NCBI GenBank assembly: GCA_009693015.1
Contig: SHYB01000001.1
Span: 47,885-111,884, forward strand
From: Dehalococcoidia bacterium
Lineage (GTDB): Bacteria; Chloroflexota; Dehalococcoidia; SHYB01
Length of the DNA stretch: 64,000 bases
Reading direction: 5' to 3'
Positions within the stretch are counted from its first letter, which is position 1. Each line of letters starts with the position of its first letter. The notes beneath the pieces are model-generated. The model made no database searches. It was not told where the DNA came from and saw nothing but the letters and a program-made list of their open reading frames with translations. A program made the position numbers and the translations under genes. Below are positions 27,547-36,641 of the stretch, in pieces.

Positions 27547-29454
27547 TCAACGCGACGCCCGCGCGGTTGAGCGAGCGGCGGCAGCAGGACGCTGGGAGAA
27601 AAATGCTTCGCGCACCCGGCGGGCGATGCCTTCCGCGTCCAGTCCCAGTTGCTGTCTTTGCTGCGCTGCCGTGGCGTGTTCCACAAATGAGTCCGGCATG
27701 CCGATGCGCACGGTATGCACTCCGGTGACCCGTGCATCGCTGAGGGCTTCCAGCACCGCCGAGCCGAAGCCGCCATCGCGCACGTTCTCTTCCACCGTCA
27801 CCAGGCGTCCCGTGGCCTGGGCCGCGCGCACGATGAGCTCGCCGTCCATGGGCTTCACAAAGCGGGCGTTGACCACCATGCAGGAGATGCCGTCGCGCGC
27901 CAGCGCCGCCGCTGCCTCAAGCGCCGGCTGCACCGTCTTGCCGATTGCCACCAGGGTCACATCGCTGCCCTGGCGCACCACTTCCCCCTTGCCGATGGGC
28001 AGCGCGTGCAGCTCCGCATCCAGCGGCACGCCCAGGCCCGATCCCCGCGGGATGCGGATGGCGATGGGGTGCTGGTAGGTGTAGGCGGTGTAGACCAAAT
28101 GCTGCAGTTCGTTTTCGTCCTTGGGGGCGCAGACTACGGCGTTGGGCAGGCAGCGCAGGTAGGAAAGATCGTAGGCGCCGTGGTGCGTTTTGCCGTCTTC
28201 GCCCACGATGCCCGCGCGGTCGGCGATCAGCACCACGGGCAGGTCCTGGAGGCAGACGTCATGCACCACCTGGTCGAAGGCGCGCTGGAGGAAGGTGGAG
28301 TAGATGGAGACGAAGGGCTTGACGCCGTTGCTTGCCATGCCCGCCGCCACGCTGACGGCATGCTGCTCGGCGATGCCCACGTCGAACACGCGGTCGGGAT
28401 GCGCCTTCTTCGCCTCCGCCAGCCCGGTGCCTTCCAGCATCGCCGCGCTGATGCCCACGACCTTGCGGTCTGTGTCCATGAGCCGGATCAGCGTCTGGGC
28501 GAAGACCTTGGAGTAGGTGGGCGCGGTGCTGCCCCCGCTGATGAGCGGCGACGATGGCTGATGATAGCGCACGGGGTCTTCTTCGGCGGGCCCGTAGCCG
28601 CGGCCCTTGTGCGTGATGACGTGCACCAGCGGGGTCTTGCCCGAAAAGTTCTTCGCCTGGCGGAAGGCCTCTTCCAGCGCCTTGAGGTTATGCCCGTCCA
28701 CTGGGCCGATGTACTGCAAGCCCATCTCCGTCCACAGCGTCGTGGGCAGAGCGAACCCCTCCAGCCCGTGCTCGATGCGCCGCGCGAAGTTGTACACCAG
28801 CTCCCCCGTAGGGACCTTTTTCGCAAGGCGCTTCGTCCGCTTCACCATCGCCAGATACTCGGGGTGGGTGATGATCCGCTGGCGCCAGTGCGTGAGGAAG
28901 CCGATGTTCTCCGAGATGGACATGCCGTTATCGTTGAGCACCAGGATGAGATTGTCCGGGCTGAGGTGGGAGATGTTGTTGAGCGCCTCATAGCTGGAGC
29001 CGGAGGTCATGGCGCCGTCGCCGACGATGGCCACGCTCCACGCCGGGCTGCCGCGCAGCTTCTCCGCCTGGGCGATGCCCAGGGCGATGGAGAGTCCCGT
29101 GCCGGCGTGGCCGGCGCACAGCGTATCGTGGGGGCTTTCCGATGGTTCGCCGAACCCGGAGATGCCCTCCACCAGGCGGATGTCCTTGAACTCTTCCCGG
29201 CGTCCCGTGACGATCTTGTGGGTGTAGAGCTGATTGGTGGTGTCCCACACCAGCTTGTCCTTGGGGCTGTCAAACGACTGGTGCAGCGCCAGCGTCAGCT
29301 CCACCACGCCCAGGTTGGAGGCGAGGTGTCCGCCGCGTTGCGTGATGACGCTGATGATGAGATCGCGAACTTCCTGGGCCACCTGCTTGAGAGCCTTACG
29401 ATCCAGACTCTTGAGGTCGGCAGGCGTGTGAATGGAGTCGAGCATGCGTCCCAT
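27547..29454 (-). CDS. dxs: 1-deoxy-D-xylulose-5-phosphate synthase
   Basis: 635 aa; TPP-binding GDG..N motif, transketolase-like domains, N-terminus MGRMLDSIHTPADLK. Confidence 0.9.
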   Translation of the reverse strand: MGRMLDSIHTPADLKSLDRKALKQVAQEVRDLIISVITQRGGHLASNLGVVELTLALHQSFDSPKDKLVWDTTNQLYTHKIVTGRREEFKDIRLVEGISGFGEPSESPHDTLCAGHAGTGLSIALGIAQAEKLRGSPAWSVAIVGDGAMTSGSSYEALNNISHLSPDNLILVLNDNGMSISENIGFLTHWRQRIITHPEYLAMVKRTKRLAKKVPTGELVYNFARRIEHGLEGFALPTTLWTEMGLQYIGPVDGHNLKALEEAFRQAKNFSGKTPLVHVITHKGRGYGPAEEDPVRYHQPSSPLISGGSTAPTYSKVFAQTLIRLMDTDRKVVGISAAMLEGTGLAEAKKAHPDRVFDVGIAEQHAVSVAAGMASNGVKPFVSIYSTFLQRAFDQVVHDVCLQDLPVVLIADRAGIVGEDGKTHHGAYDLSYLRCLPNAVVCAPKDENELQHLVYTAYTYQHPIAIRIPRGSGLGVPLDAELHALPIGKGEVVRQGSDVTLVAIGKTVQPALEAAAALARDGISCMVVNARFVKPMDGELIVRAAQATGRLVTVEENVRDGGFGSAVLEALSDARVTGVHTVRIGMPDSFVEHATAAQQRQQLGLDAEGIARRVREAFFSQRPAAAARSTARASR

Positions 29455-29532
29455 CGTGTGACAACCCTCTCACTTGCCGTCTGCGGCTCATTTGCCGCTT
29501 GTGCCGCGTCACCAGTGCGAAGGTGAACGCCC

Positions 29533-29589
29533 CGATACCTCAGTATCCGATGCTCACGAAACGTAGCACACCTGTTGGGAGGGTGTCAA
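29533..29589 (-). promoter_or_regulatory. candidate sigma70-type promoter (TTGACA-17/18-TACGTT on minus strand) with a 16-bp near-palindrome (GGATAC-TGAG-GTATCG) downstream, upstream of dxs
   Basis: Read on minus strand; spacing appropriate; unverified. Confidence 0.3.
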
Positions 29590-29614
29590 ACTGGGGAGGG
29601 CGATCCCGCGGCGG

Positions 29615-31519
29615 CTAAGAAACCGGCGCCGCCTCTTCAGCAGCGGGCGCAACCGCGCCATTCATCTTGCGGGCGATGAACTGCTGGATGTCAGCCTCGT
29701 CCAGCGGCGGCGGCGCCGCGGCAAAGAACTCCTGGAGCGTCTTGCCTTCCATGGTTTCATCTATGAGCAGACGCTTGGACAGCTCATGGAGCTTGGCCTT
29801 GTGTTCCACCAGAACCTTGCTTGCTCTGGCATAGGCATCTTCCACAAGCGAGCGGATTTCGCTGTCGATCTCGTCGGCGATCTTGTCGCCGTAGTCGCGC
29901 TGCTCGGAGATTTCACGGCCCAGGAAGACGAGCTCCTGGCGCTGGCCGAAGGTGCGCGGGCCCAAGCGATCGCTCATGCCCCACTCCGTTATCATGCGCC
30001 GGGCGATGCCGGTGGTCTGCTTGAGGTCGTCGGAGGCGCCGCTGGTCAGCTCGCCGAAGATGATCTCTTCCGCGGCGCGTCCGCCCAAGGAGATCGCCAT
30101 GCGGTCGCGCAAATAGCTCCTGCTGGCGTAGTGGCGTTCTTCGCTGGGCAGGAACCGCGTGTAGCCTCCCGCCATGCCGCGCGGGACGATGGTGATCTTG
30201 TGCACCACGTCGCCTTCCTTGAGCTTGTACGCCACCAGGGCGTGACCCGCTTCATGGTAGGCGGTGACCTTCTTTTCGTGATCGGTGATGACGCGGCTCT
30301 TGCGCTCCGGCCCGGCAATGACGCGGTCCACCGCCTCTTCCAGCTCCGAGATGCCGATAACCTTTTTGCCGCGGCGCGCCGCCAGCAGAGCGGCCTCGTT
30401 GACTAGATTGGCAAGGTCGGCGCCGCTGAAGCCCGCCGTCTCCTTGGCAATGACTTCCAGGTCCACCTTTTCATCCAGGGGTTTGCCCTTCACGTGCACG
30501 TTGAGGATGGACTTGCGCCCGGCGATGTCCGGGGCGTCCAGCACCACGCGTCGGTCGAACCGGCCCGGCCGCAAGAGCGCTGGGTCAAGGATGTCCGGCC
30601 TGTTTGTGGCCGCAATAATGATGATATTGGTGGTCTGATCGAAGCCGTCCATCTCCACGAGGATCTGGTTCAGCGTCTGCTCACGCTCGTCATGACCGCC
30701 GCCTAGGCCCGCGCCGCGATGCCGTCCCACCGCGTCAATCTCGTCAATGAAGATGATGCATGGTGAGTTGCGGCGCGCCTGCTCGAACAGGTCTCGGACG
30801 CGGGACGCGCCCACGCCGACGAACATCTCCACGAACTCGCTGCCGCTGATGCTGAAGAACGGCACGCCGGCCTCTCCGGCCACGGCCTTGGCCAGCAGCG
30901 TCTTGCCCGTGCCCGGCGGTCCAACCAGCAGCACGCCCTTGGGGATGCGCGCGCCGAGGGCGGCGAACCGCTCGGGGTACATGAGGAACTCCACGATCTC
31001 CTGCAGCTCCTGCTTGGCCTCTTCCACGCCGGCAACGTCAGAGAACGTCACCGTGGTGCGGTTGCCCACAAACATGCGTGCGCGGCTCCGGCCGAAGCTC
31101 ATGGCCTGGCTGTTGCTGCCCTGCGCCTGGCGCATCATGAACAGGATGATGAAGCCCAAGAACAGGAAGGGCAGGATGTTGATGATGATGGCGATGATCG
31201 TCCCCAGCGAACTGGAGGACTTCACCGTCACGTCGGGAGGGTTCTCGATGGGCGGATTGGCGTTATTGAGCAGCTCGATCATGCTGACGCTGGGCTCTTT
31301 TTTGGAGCGATACCTCAGGTTGCCCTTGGCTTCCGCGGTGATGGCATCCCCATCCACGTTGATCTTGGTGATCTCGCCGGAGCGTACCTTAGTGAGCAGT
31401 TCGCTGATGCCGATATCGCTGCTGCTACCGGGCGAACGGAACACAGCGTAAAAGATGGCGATCACCGCCACCAGGATGAGCATATACACGAGACCGCTTC
31501 TGAGCCAGCGCTGATTCAT
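29615..31519 (-). CDS. ftsH: ATP-dependent zinc metalloprotease FtsH
   Basis: TM helix [15 protein letters not shown], Walker [17 protein letters not shown] zinc motif; start MNQRWL (upstream in-frame extension rejected). Confidence 0.85.
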   Translation of the reverse strand: MNQRWLRSGLVYMLILVAVIAIFYAVFRSPGSSSDIGISELLTKVRSGEITKINVDGDAITAEAKGNLRYRSKKEPSVSMIELLNNANPPIENPPDVTVKSSSSLGTIIAIIINILPFLFLGFIILFMMRQAQGSNSQAMSFGRSRARMFVGNRTTVTFSDVAGVEEAKQELQEIVEFLMYPERFAALGARIPKGVLLVGPPGTGKTLLAKAVAGEAGVPFFSISGSEFVEMFVGVGASRVRDLFEQARRNSPCIIFIDEIDAVGRHRGAGLGGGHDEREQTLNQILVEMDGFDQTTNIIIIAATNRPDILDPALLRPGRFDRRVVLDAPDIAGRKSILNVHVKGKPLDEKVDLEVIAKETAGFSGADLANLVNEAALLAARRGKKVIGISELEEAVDRVIAGPERKSRVITDHEKKVTAYHEAGHALVAYKLKEGDVVHKITIVPRGMAGGYTRFLPSEERHYASRSYLRDRMAISLGGRAAEEIIFGELTSGASDDLKQTTGIARRMITEWGMSDRLGPRTFGQRQELVFLGREISEQRDYGDKIADEIDSEIRSLVEDAYARASKVLVEHKAKLHELSKRLLIDETMEGKTLQEFFAAAPPPLDEADIQQFIARKMNGAVAPAAEEAAPVS

Positions 31520-31808
31520 CTGCTTGAGCCGAGCCTCCAGACTACCCCTGGCCACAAGTGCGGCAAGGCCACTGCGCCGCTGGACAGCCTCACCGTTCCG
31601 GGCGTATGCCGCAAAGGGACTGGGGGACGATACGGACATTATACCAAACCACTCAGATTGCGGCGCCCGTACAGGCCCAAGAGGCCCCGCCGGCGGCGCA
31701 GCCGTCATGAGAGGCCGATGTGGTATGATGCGGGCGTTCCCTTGCGACAGGCTTTTTGATGGCCGCTGCGCTGTTCGCGCGGGCAGTGGCGGTGAGGAGG
31801 CGGGACGC

Positions 31809-32606
31809 ATGCCAACGGCGATGGTTTCCCAGAACCTGGGTGATGCGGTGACGCAGTTCTTGACCGCCAGCAATGGCAAGGGCGGTCCCGTCTTGCAGGA
31901 GGGCCTGCAAAAGTTCCTGCGCTGGTCGGGGCGCGAGCGTCTCGTGTCCCAGTTGAATCCGTACCAGATTGAGTCCTACTGCGAGGCGAGCGCGGGCGCT
32001 CCGGCGGAAAAGCTGGCAGCCCTGAAATCGTTCCTCGACTACGCCTTCAAGGCAGGCCTCACGGACGCCAACCTGGGAACGCACGTCAAGATGCGTAAGG
32101 GCCTTTCCAAGGCGAAGAAGGCCACGCCGTCGGCTTCCTCCGCTCCGGTGTTCAAGCTCACCAAGGGAGGGCTGGCCAAGGCCCAGGCGGAGGTCCAGGA
32201 GTTGAAGGAGCAGCGTATCCACATCGCCGATGAGATCCGGCGGGCGATGGCGGACAAAGACTTTCGTGAAAACGCCCCGCTGGATGCAGCGCGGGATAAG
32301 CAAGGGCACCTAGAGGCGCGCATTCGAGAGCTGGAGCACACGTTGCGGTACGCGCAGGTGGTGGAGAGCGATTCCACGGCTACGGGCCGCGCTCGCCAGG
32401 GCAGCCGCGTCGTCGTTCGCGATATGACACATAATGAGGAAGTGGTGTATACGTTGGTTGACCGCACCGAGGTGAACCTGCGGCTGGGCAAGCTTTCCGT
32501 TCATTCGCCCGCAGGCAAGGCGTTTCTCGGGCGGGCGCCCGGGGAAGTGGTCAAGGTAGTGGCGCCCAACGGCCAGCACCAGTATCGCATCGAACGGGTG
32601 GAGTGA
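31809..32606 (+). CDS. GreA/GreB-family transcription elongation factor homolog with about 100-aa N-terminal extension
   Basis: GGAGG RBS before ATG 31809; C-terminal GreA coiled-coil plus FKBP-like domain pattern (..ENAPLDAARDKQ..RIRELE.. ..VVYTLV..). Confidence 0.55.
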   Translation: MPTAMVSQNLGDAVTQFLTASNGKGGPVLQEGLQKFLRWSGRERLVSQLNPYQIESYCEASAGAPAEKLAALKSFLDYAFKAGLTDANLGTHVKMRKGLSKAKKATPSASSAPVFKLTKGGLAKAQAEVQELKEQRIHIADEIRRAMADKDFRENAPLDAARDKQGHLEARIRELEHTLRYAQVVESDSTATGRARQGSRVVVRDMTHNEEVVYTLVDRTEVNLRLGKLSVHSPAGKAFLGRAPGEVVKVVAPNGQHQYRIERVE

Positions 32607-32681
32607 CGAACGAAGCAGCGTGCTGAGTAACCGAATCGTCTCTCCGGCCTGCTTTGCGGCAGGCCTTTCTTTTGCTCTCCT

Positions 32682-33953
32682 ATGACACACAGCGCTCCCA
32701 TCGCTCAGAACGACCAGGCGACCTTCGCCCGGCTGCGCCGCGGCATCATCACCGTTGCGCTTGCCGGCAGCGTCGCCCTTCCCGGCGTGGTGCTGCGAGT
32801 GACGGGGTTTTCCCATGACCCCGTGGTGGAAGCGGCGTTGTTCGGCCTGGCGATTCTGGGCGCGGCGTTTCTGCTGGGCGCAGCCGGTGAGCTTGCGGAG
32901 CTGGAAATCTCCGCATCGCTGGCGCTGGCGCTGGTGGCGCTCGTCGCCATTTTGCCGGAGTACGCGGTGGACCTGGTGTTCGCCTGGAAGGCGGCGGAGC
33001 AGCCGGAGTACGCCCAGTACGCGGCAGCGAACATGACCGGCGGCAACCGCCTGCTCATCGGCGTGGGCTGGTCGCTGGTGGTGCTGCTCTTCTTCTGGAA
33101 AGCACGCAAGGCGGTGCAGATCGAGAAGGGGCAGGCGATTGAGCTGACGTTCCTTCTCGCAGCCACGGCGTGGGCCTTCACCATTTTTCTGCGCACGCTG
33201 GTGTGGGACGGTTCCCTCAACATCGTGGACATTGTGGTGCTGGTGTCAATGTACTTGGGGTATCTCTATGTGAGCGCCAAGGGAGAGGCCAAGACGCAGC
33301 ACACGGTGGCGGGACCGATGGCAGGCTTCGCCTTCATCGAGAAGTGGCCACGGCGCTTTGTCATCATTGGGCTGTTCGCTGTCTCCGCGCTGGTGATCCT
33401 GGCGGTGGCGGAGCCGTTTGCGGAAAGCCTGATCCACGCCGGCGCGGACCTGGGCGTGGACGAGTTCGTTCTGGTGCAGTGGGTGGCGCCGCTGGCGTCC
33501 GAGGCGCCGGAGATCGGCGTGGCGGCGATGTTCGCCTGGCGCGGGATGGGTTCCATGGCGATGGGCGTGCTGATCTCATCGAAAGTGAACCAATGGACGC
33601 TGCTGGTGGGCACGCTGCCGCTGGTGTATAGCATCAGCTCCGGCGAGTTGAAGGGGCTGCCGCTGGACGATCGCCAGACGGAGGAGTTCCTGCTCACCGC
33701 GGCGCAATCGCTGTTCGCGATACTGCTGCTCACCTCGTTTCGCATCTCATGGCGCGCCGGGTTGGCGCTGCTGGTGCTCTTTCTCACGCAGCTGGCGTTC
33801 ACCTCCACGCACGCTCGCCTGATCTACTCGCTGGTGTACCTGGGCCTTGCCGTGGCGATCCTGGTGTTCGATAAGAACCGTCGCCAGGGAACATGGGGCC
33901 TGGTCAGCGCGGGGGTGCGCAGTCTGTGGCCCAGCGGGCTGCGGCGCGGCTAA
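32682..33953 (+). CDS. cation/Ca2+ exchanger family membrane protein (CaCA)
   Basis: 423 aa, 10-11 TM; two alpha-repeat motifs (GELAELEIS; ASEAPEIGVAA). Confidence 0.7.
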   Translation: MTHSAPIAQNDQATFARLRRGIITVALAGSVALPGVVLRVTGFSHDPVVEAALFGLAILGAAFLLGAAGELAELEISASLALALVALVAILPEYAVDLVFAWKAAEQPEYAQYAAANMTGGNRLLIGVGWSLVVLLFFWKARKAVQIEKGQAIELTFLLAATAWAFTIFLRTLVWDGSLNIVDIVVLVSMYLGYLYVSAKGEAKTQHTVAGPMAGFAFIEKWPRRFVIIGLFAVSALVILAVAEPFAESLIHAGADLGVDEFVLVQWVAPLASEAPEIGVAAMFAWRGMGSMAMGVLISSKVNQWTLLVGTLPLVYSISSGELKGLPLDDRQTEEFLLTAAQSLFAILLLTSFRISWRAGLALLVLFLTQLAFTSTHARLIYSLVYLGLAVAILVFDKNRRQGTWGLVSAGVRSLWPSGLRRG

Positions 33954-35746
33954 AACTCGCAGACGGCGGGGTCGGGGCAGCCGCCGGCGTACTCCGGCGA
34001 GGCGACGACGAAGTCGCCGTGGTCGGTGGCGTCGGGGAGGTCGCTGCCGCGATAGAGCACTTGCTCGCCCTTGCTGCCGTTGCGGAACACGGTGATGCCC
34101 TTGCATTGGAGGCGGTAGGCCAAGAGCAGAGTATCGCGCACGTCAGCGACGGTAGCCGATGCGGGCAGGTTGATCGTCTTGGAGACGGCGTTGTCGCAGT
34201 GGCGCTGGAAAGCAGCTTGCATTTTGACGTGCCAGGCGGGGGCGATATCGAAGTCGGTGACGAAGATGCGGCGCACGTCTTCCGGCACCTGAGGCATATC
34301 GTGGATGGAGCCGGTGTGGGCCACCTGGGACATGAGGCCGGGTGAGGAGAAGCCGCGCTCCCCGGCGACACGCTGGAAGGCGGGATTGCTCTCCATGAGG
34401 CGGGAGCCTTCCATGACGCTGCGGATGAAGGAGAGGGCGAAGAGCGGCTCGATGCCGCTGGAGCAGCCGGCGATGATGCTGATGGTGCCGGTGGGGGCGA
34501 TGCTGGTGACGGTGGCGTTGCGTAATGGCGGTGCCCCGGGGACATCATGGATGCTGCCGCGCCAGTTGGGGAAGGGGCCGCGCTCGCGGGCGAGGGCGGC
34601 GGAGGCGGCGCGGCCTTCCTCTTGCACCGCGCCCATGATTTCGCTGGCGAGGGCGATAGCGCGGTCGCTATCGTAGGGGACGCCGAGGGCGATGAGGGCA
34701 TCGGCGAAGCCCATGACGCCCAGGCCGACCTTGCGGTTGGCGCGGGTGATGGCGGCGATGGCGTCCACGGGATAGTGGTTGACCTCGATGACGTCATCGA
34801 GGAAGCGCACGCCGAGGCGGACGGCGCGGCGCAGCGCGGCGTAGTCGAATGCGCCGTCGCGGGCCATCGTTGCCAGGTTCACCGAGCCGAGGTTGCAGCT
34901 TTCATAGGGCAGCAACGGCAGCTCGCCGCAGGGGTTGGTGGACTCCAGATCTCCGAGGCTGGGCGTTGGATTGCCGCGATTGATTGCGTCCACAAACACT
35001 AGGCCGGGATCGCCGCTCTTCCACGCGCTGGTGGCGATAAGATCGAAGACATGGCGGGCGCTGAGGCGGCGCACCTCCGCGCCGGTGCGAGGGTTGATGA
35101 GCGCGTAGCCATTGCTATGCTCCACGGCGTCCATGAAGGCGTCGGTGACGGCGACGGAGATGTTGAAGTTGGACAGCACGCCTGCGGCGCCCTTCGACTC
35201 GATGAAATCGAGGATATCGGGATGGTCTGCGCGGAGGATGCCCATGTTGGCGCCGCGGCGCTTGCCGCCCTGCTTGATGACGTCGGTTGCGGTATCGAAG
35301 ACGCGCATGAAGGAGACAGGGCCGGAGGCCACGCCGTGGGTGGAGCGGACCACGTCGCCCTTGGGCCGGAGGCGGGAGAAGTTGAAGCCGGTGCCGCCGC
35401 CGGACTGGTGGATGAGGGCCATGACGCGGACGCTCTCGAAGATTTCGGCGATGGAGTCGGGCACGGGGATGACGAAGCAGGCGGAGAGCTGGCCCAGCGG
35501 CGCGCCGGCGTTCATCAGCGTGGGGGAGTTGGGGAGGAACTGCCGCGAGGTCATCGCGGCGAGAAACTCGCGCTCGCGGGCGGCGGGGTCGCCGCCGAAG
35601 CGCGCTTCGGCGGCGGCGATGGCATGGGCCACGCGCTGGAACATCTGCAGCGGTGTTTCTATGAGCGCGCCGGCGTCGTCGCGCAGCAGGTAACGGCGCT
35701 CCAGCACCTGGAGGGCGTTGACGCTGAGGCGACGGTCATCGGGCAT
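33950..35746 (-). CDS. nrdJ: class II (adenosylcobalamin-dependent) ribonucleotide reductase
   Basis: NPCGELPL active site, LNAGAP.. loop; start MPDDRRLSV. Confidence 0.85.
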   Translation of the reverse strand: MPDDRRLSVNALQVLERRYLLRDDAGALIETPLQMFQRVAHAIAAAEARFGGDPAAREREFLAAMTSRQFLPNSPTLMNAGAPLGQLSACFVIPVPDSIAEIFESVRVMALIHQSGGGTGFNFSRLRPKGDVVRSTHGVASGPVSFMRVFDTATDVIKQGGKRRGANMGILRADHPDILDFIESKGAAGVLSNFNISVAVTDAFMDAVEHSNGYALINPRTGAEVRRLSARHVFDLIATSAWKSGDPGLVFVDAINRGNPTPSLGDLESTNPCGELPLLPYESCNLGSVNLATMARDGAFDYAALRRAVRLGVRFLDDVIEVNHYPVDAIAAITRANRKVGLGVMGFADALIALGVPYDSDRAIALASEIMGAVQEEGRAASAALARERGPFPNWRGSIHDVPGAPPLRNATVTSIAPTGTISIIAGCSSGIEPLFALSFIRSVMEGSRLMESNPAFQRVAGERGFSSPGLMSQVAHTGSIHDMPQVPEDVRRIFVTDFDIAPAWHVKMQAAFQRHCDNAVSKTINLPASATVADVRDTLLLAYRLQCKGITVFRNGSKGEQVLYRGSDLPDATDHGDFVVASPEYAGGCPDPAVCEF

Positions 35747-36073
35747 GCGAGCGGTCCTTTTCTCTAACGCGAACAGGCGGAGGAGAAATGCCATTGTAGC
35801 GCAGGGGAGATGCAGAGCCTCTCATGGAGGACGTATGCTCTGTCGATGGATTACGACAGGCGGGCGAGGCGTGTCAAGGGACGTTGTGAGCCGTTGTATA
35901 GTGGGTTGATATGAGCCCAAAAAGACGAAGCACAACAAACAAGGCTACTGGCAAAACCGGGCCGGAGTTGTTGCGGTCCGGCACCATGACGTCCAAGGAC
36001 CTGCTGGCTCAGGTGCGACGGATGGGACTGCGAACCGGCCGCGACTCCGCTGCGATGGTGCGCGAGGACCGAG

Positions 36074-36499
36074 ATGCTCGGTAAGGTAGCTGGCGATCTC
36101 ATTAACAGACTGCCACAAATTTTGCGGAAGAAAATACTATGGTGGATCGTGATAGGAGGGGCTAGTTCTTTGGTTAGGCTGATCTGGGGCCCCGGCGTTT
36201 TTCTGGCCCTTCTTATGATAATCAGCCTTACTGGCTGGCTCCTTCATCGACTGGGCGTCCGTGAAGGAGGATACCTCAGCCGTTTGCTTGGTAATGTCTG
36301 GGATTATTTTAGAGGAGCGATATTGTTTGCGTTCCTGCCAGCAGTCTGGATTGCGATTAGGGAACTGCTGGGTGGTGATCGGCTTGGTGGTGTGATCCAG
36401 CTCCTCGTGTTGGGCCTAGTTGCGGCAGTAGTGTTCCAGCAGTTCAGTCGCTTGCCAAGGTCTTGGGACGCTCTGAATGGGGGCGATGGCCGCCGATAG
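36074..36499 (+). CDS. hypothetical small membrane protein in a locally low-GC island
   Basis: 141 aa, 3-4 TM; local GC clearly below flanks; sits in an otherwise ORF-poor 900-bp region. Confidence 0.3.
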   Translation: MLGKVAGDLINRLPQILRKKILWWIVIGGASSLVRLIWGPGVFLALLMIISLTGWLLHRLGVREGGYLSRLLGNVWDYFRGAILFAFLPAVWIAIRELLGGDRLGGVIQLLVLGLVAAVVFQQFSRLPRSWDALNGGDGRR

Positions 36500-36641
36500 A
36501 CCGCGTACGTGTATGTATTACCCGCGACGCGCTTGAGGTTTTCCCGCGTTTGCATCATGCCGCTGGCGTCTCTTCCCGTATACTACGTAGCGCATCATTC
36601 CACATCCTTCGTGCGCCCCGCGCACGGCACACGAGGCCCGC

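Noticed and set aside
27715-29526. 603-aa plus-strand ORF
   Set aside because: Antisense to dxs; no recognisable motifs.
31520-31879. N-terminal 120-codon extension of the ftsH ORF, and the mirror extension 31524..31808 of the greA-like ORF
   Set aside because: The FtsH TM helix and conserved N-terminus start at MNQRWL. The extensions overlap each other on opposite strands, have no RBS and read as low-complexity sequence.
35747-36073. Cobalamin riboswitch or NrdR boxes upstream of nrdJ
   Set aside because: Read both strands: no B12 box (AGYCMGGAGACCKGCC-like) or GCCACTG core. Only one half-site resembling an NrdR box and no paired 16-bp palindromes. Left as unresolved rather than called.
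36500-36641. T-box or attenuator leader upstream of proS
   Set aside because: No specifier-loop / T-box consensus (AATTAGGGTGGNACCGCG-like) and no terminator/antiterminator pair visible; the region is too short.
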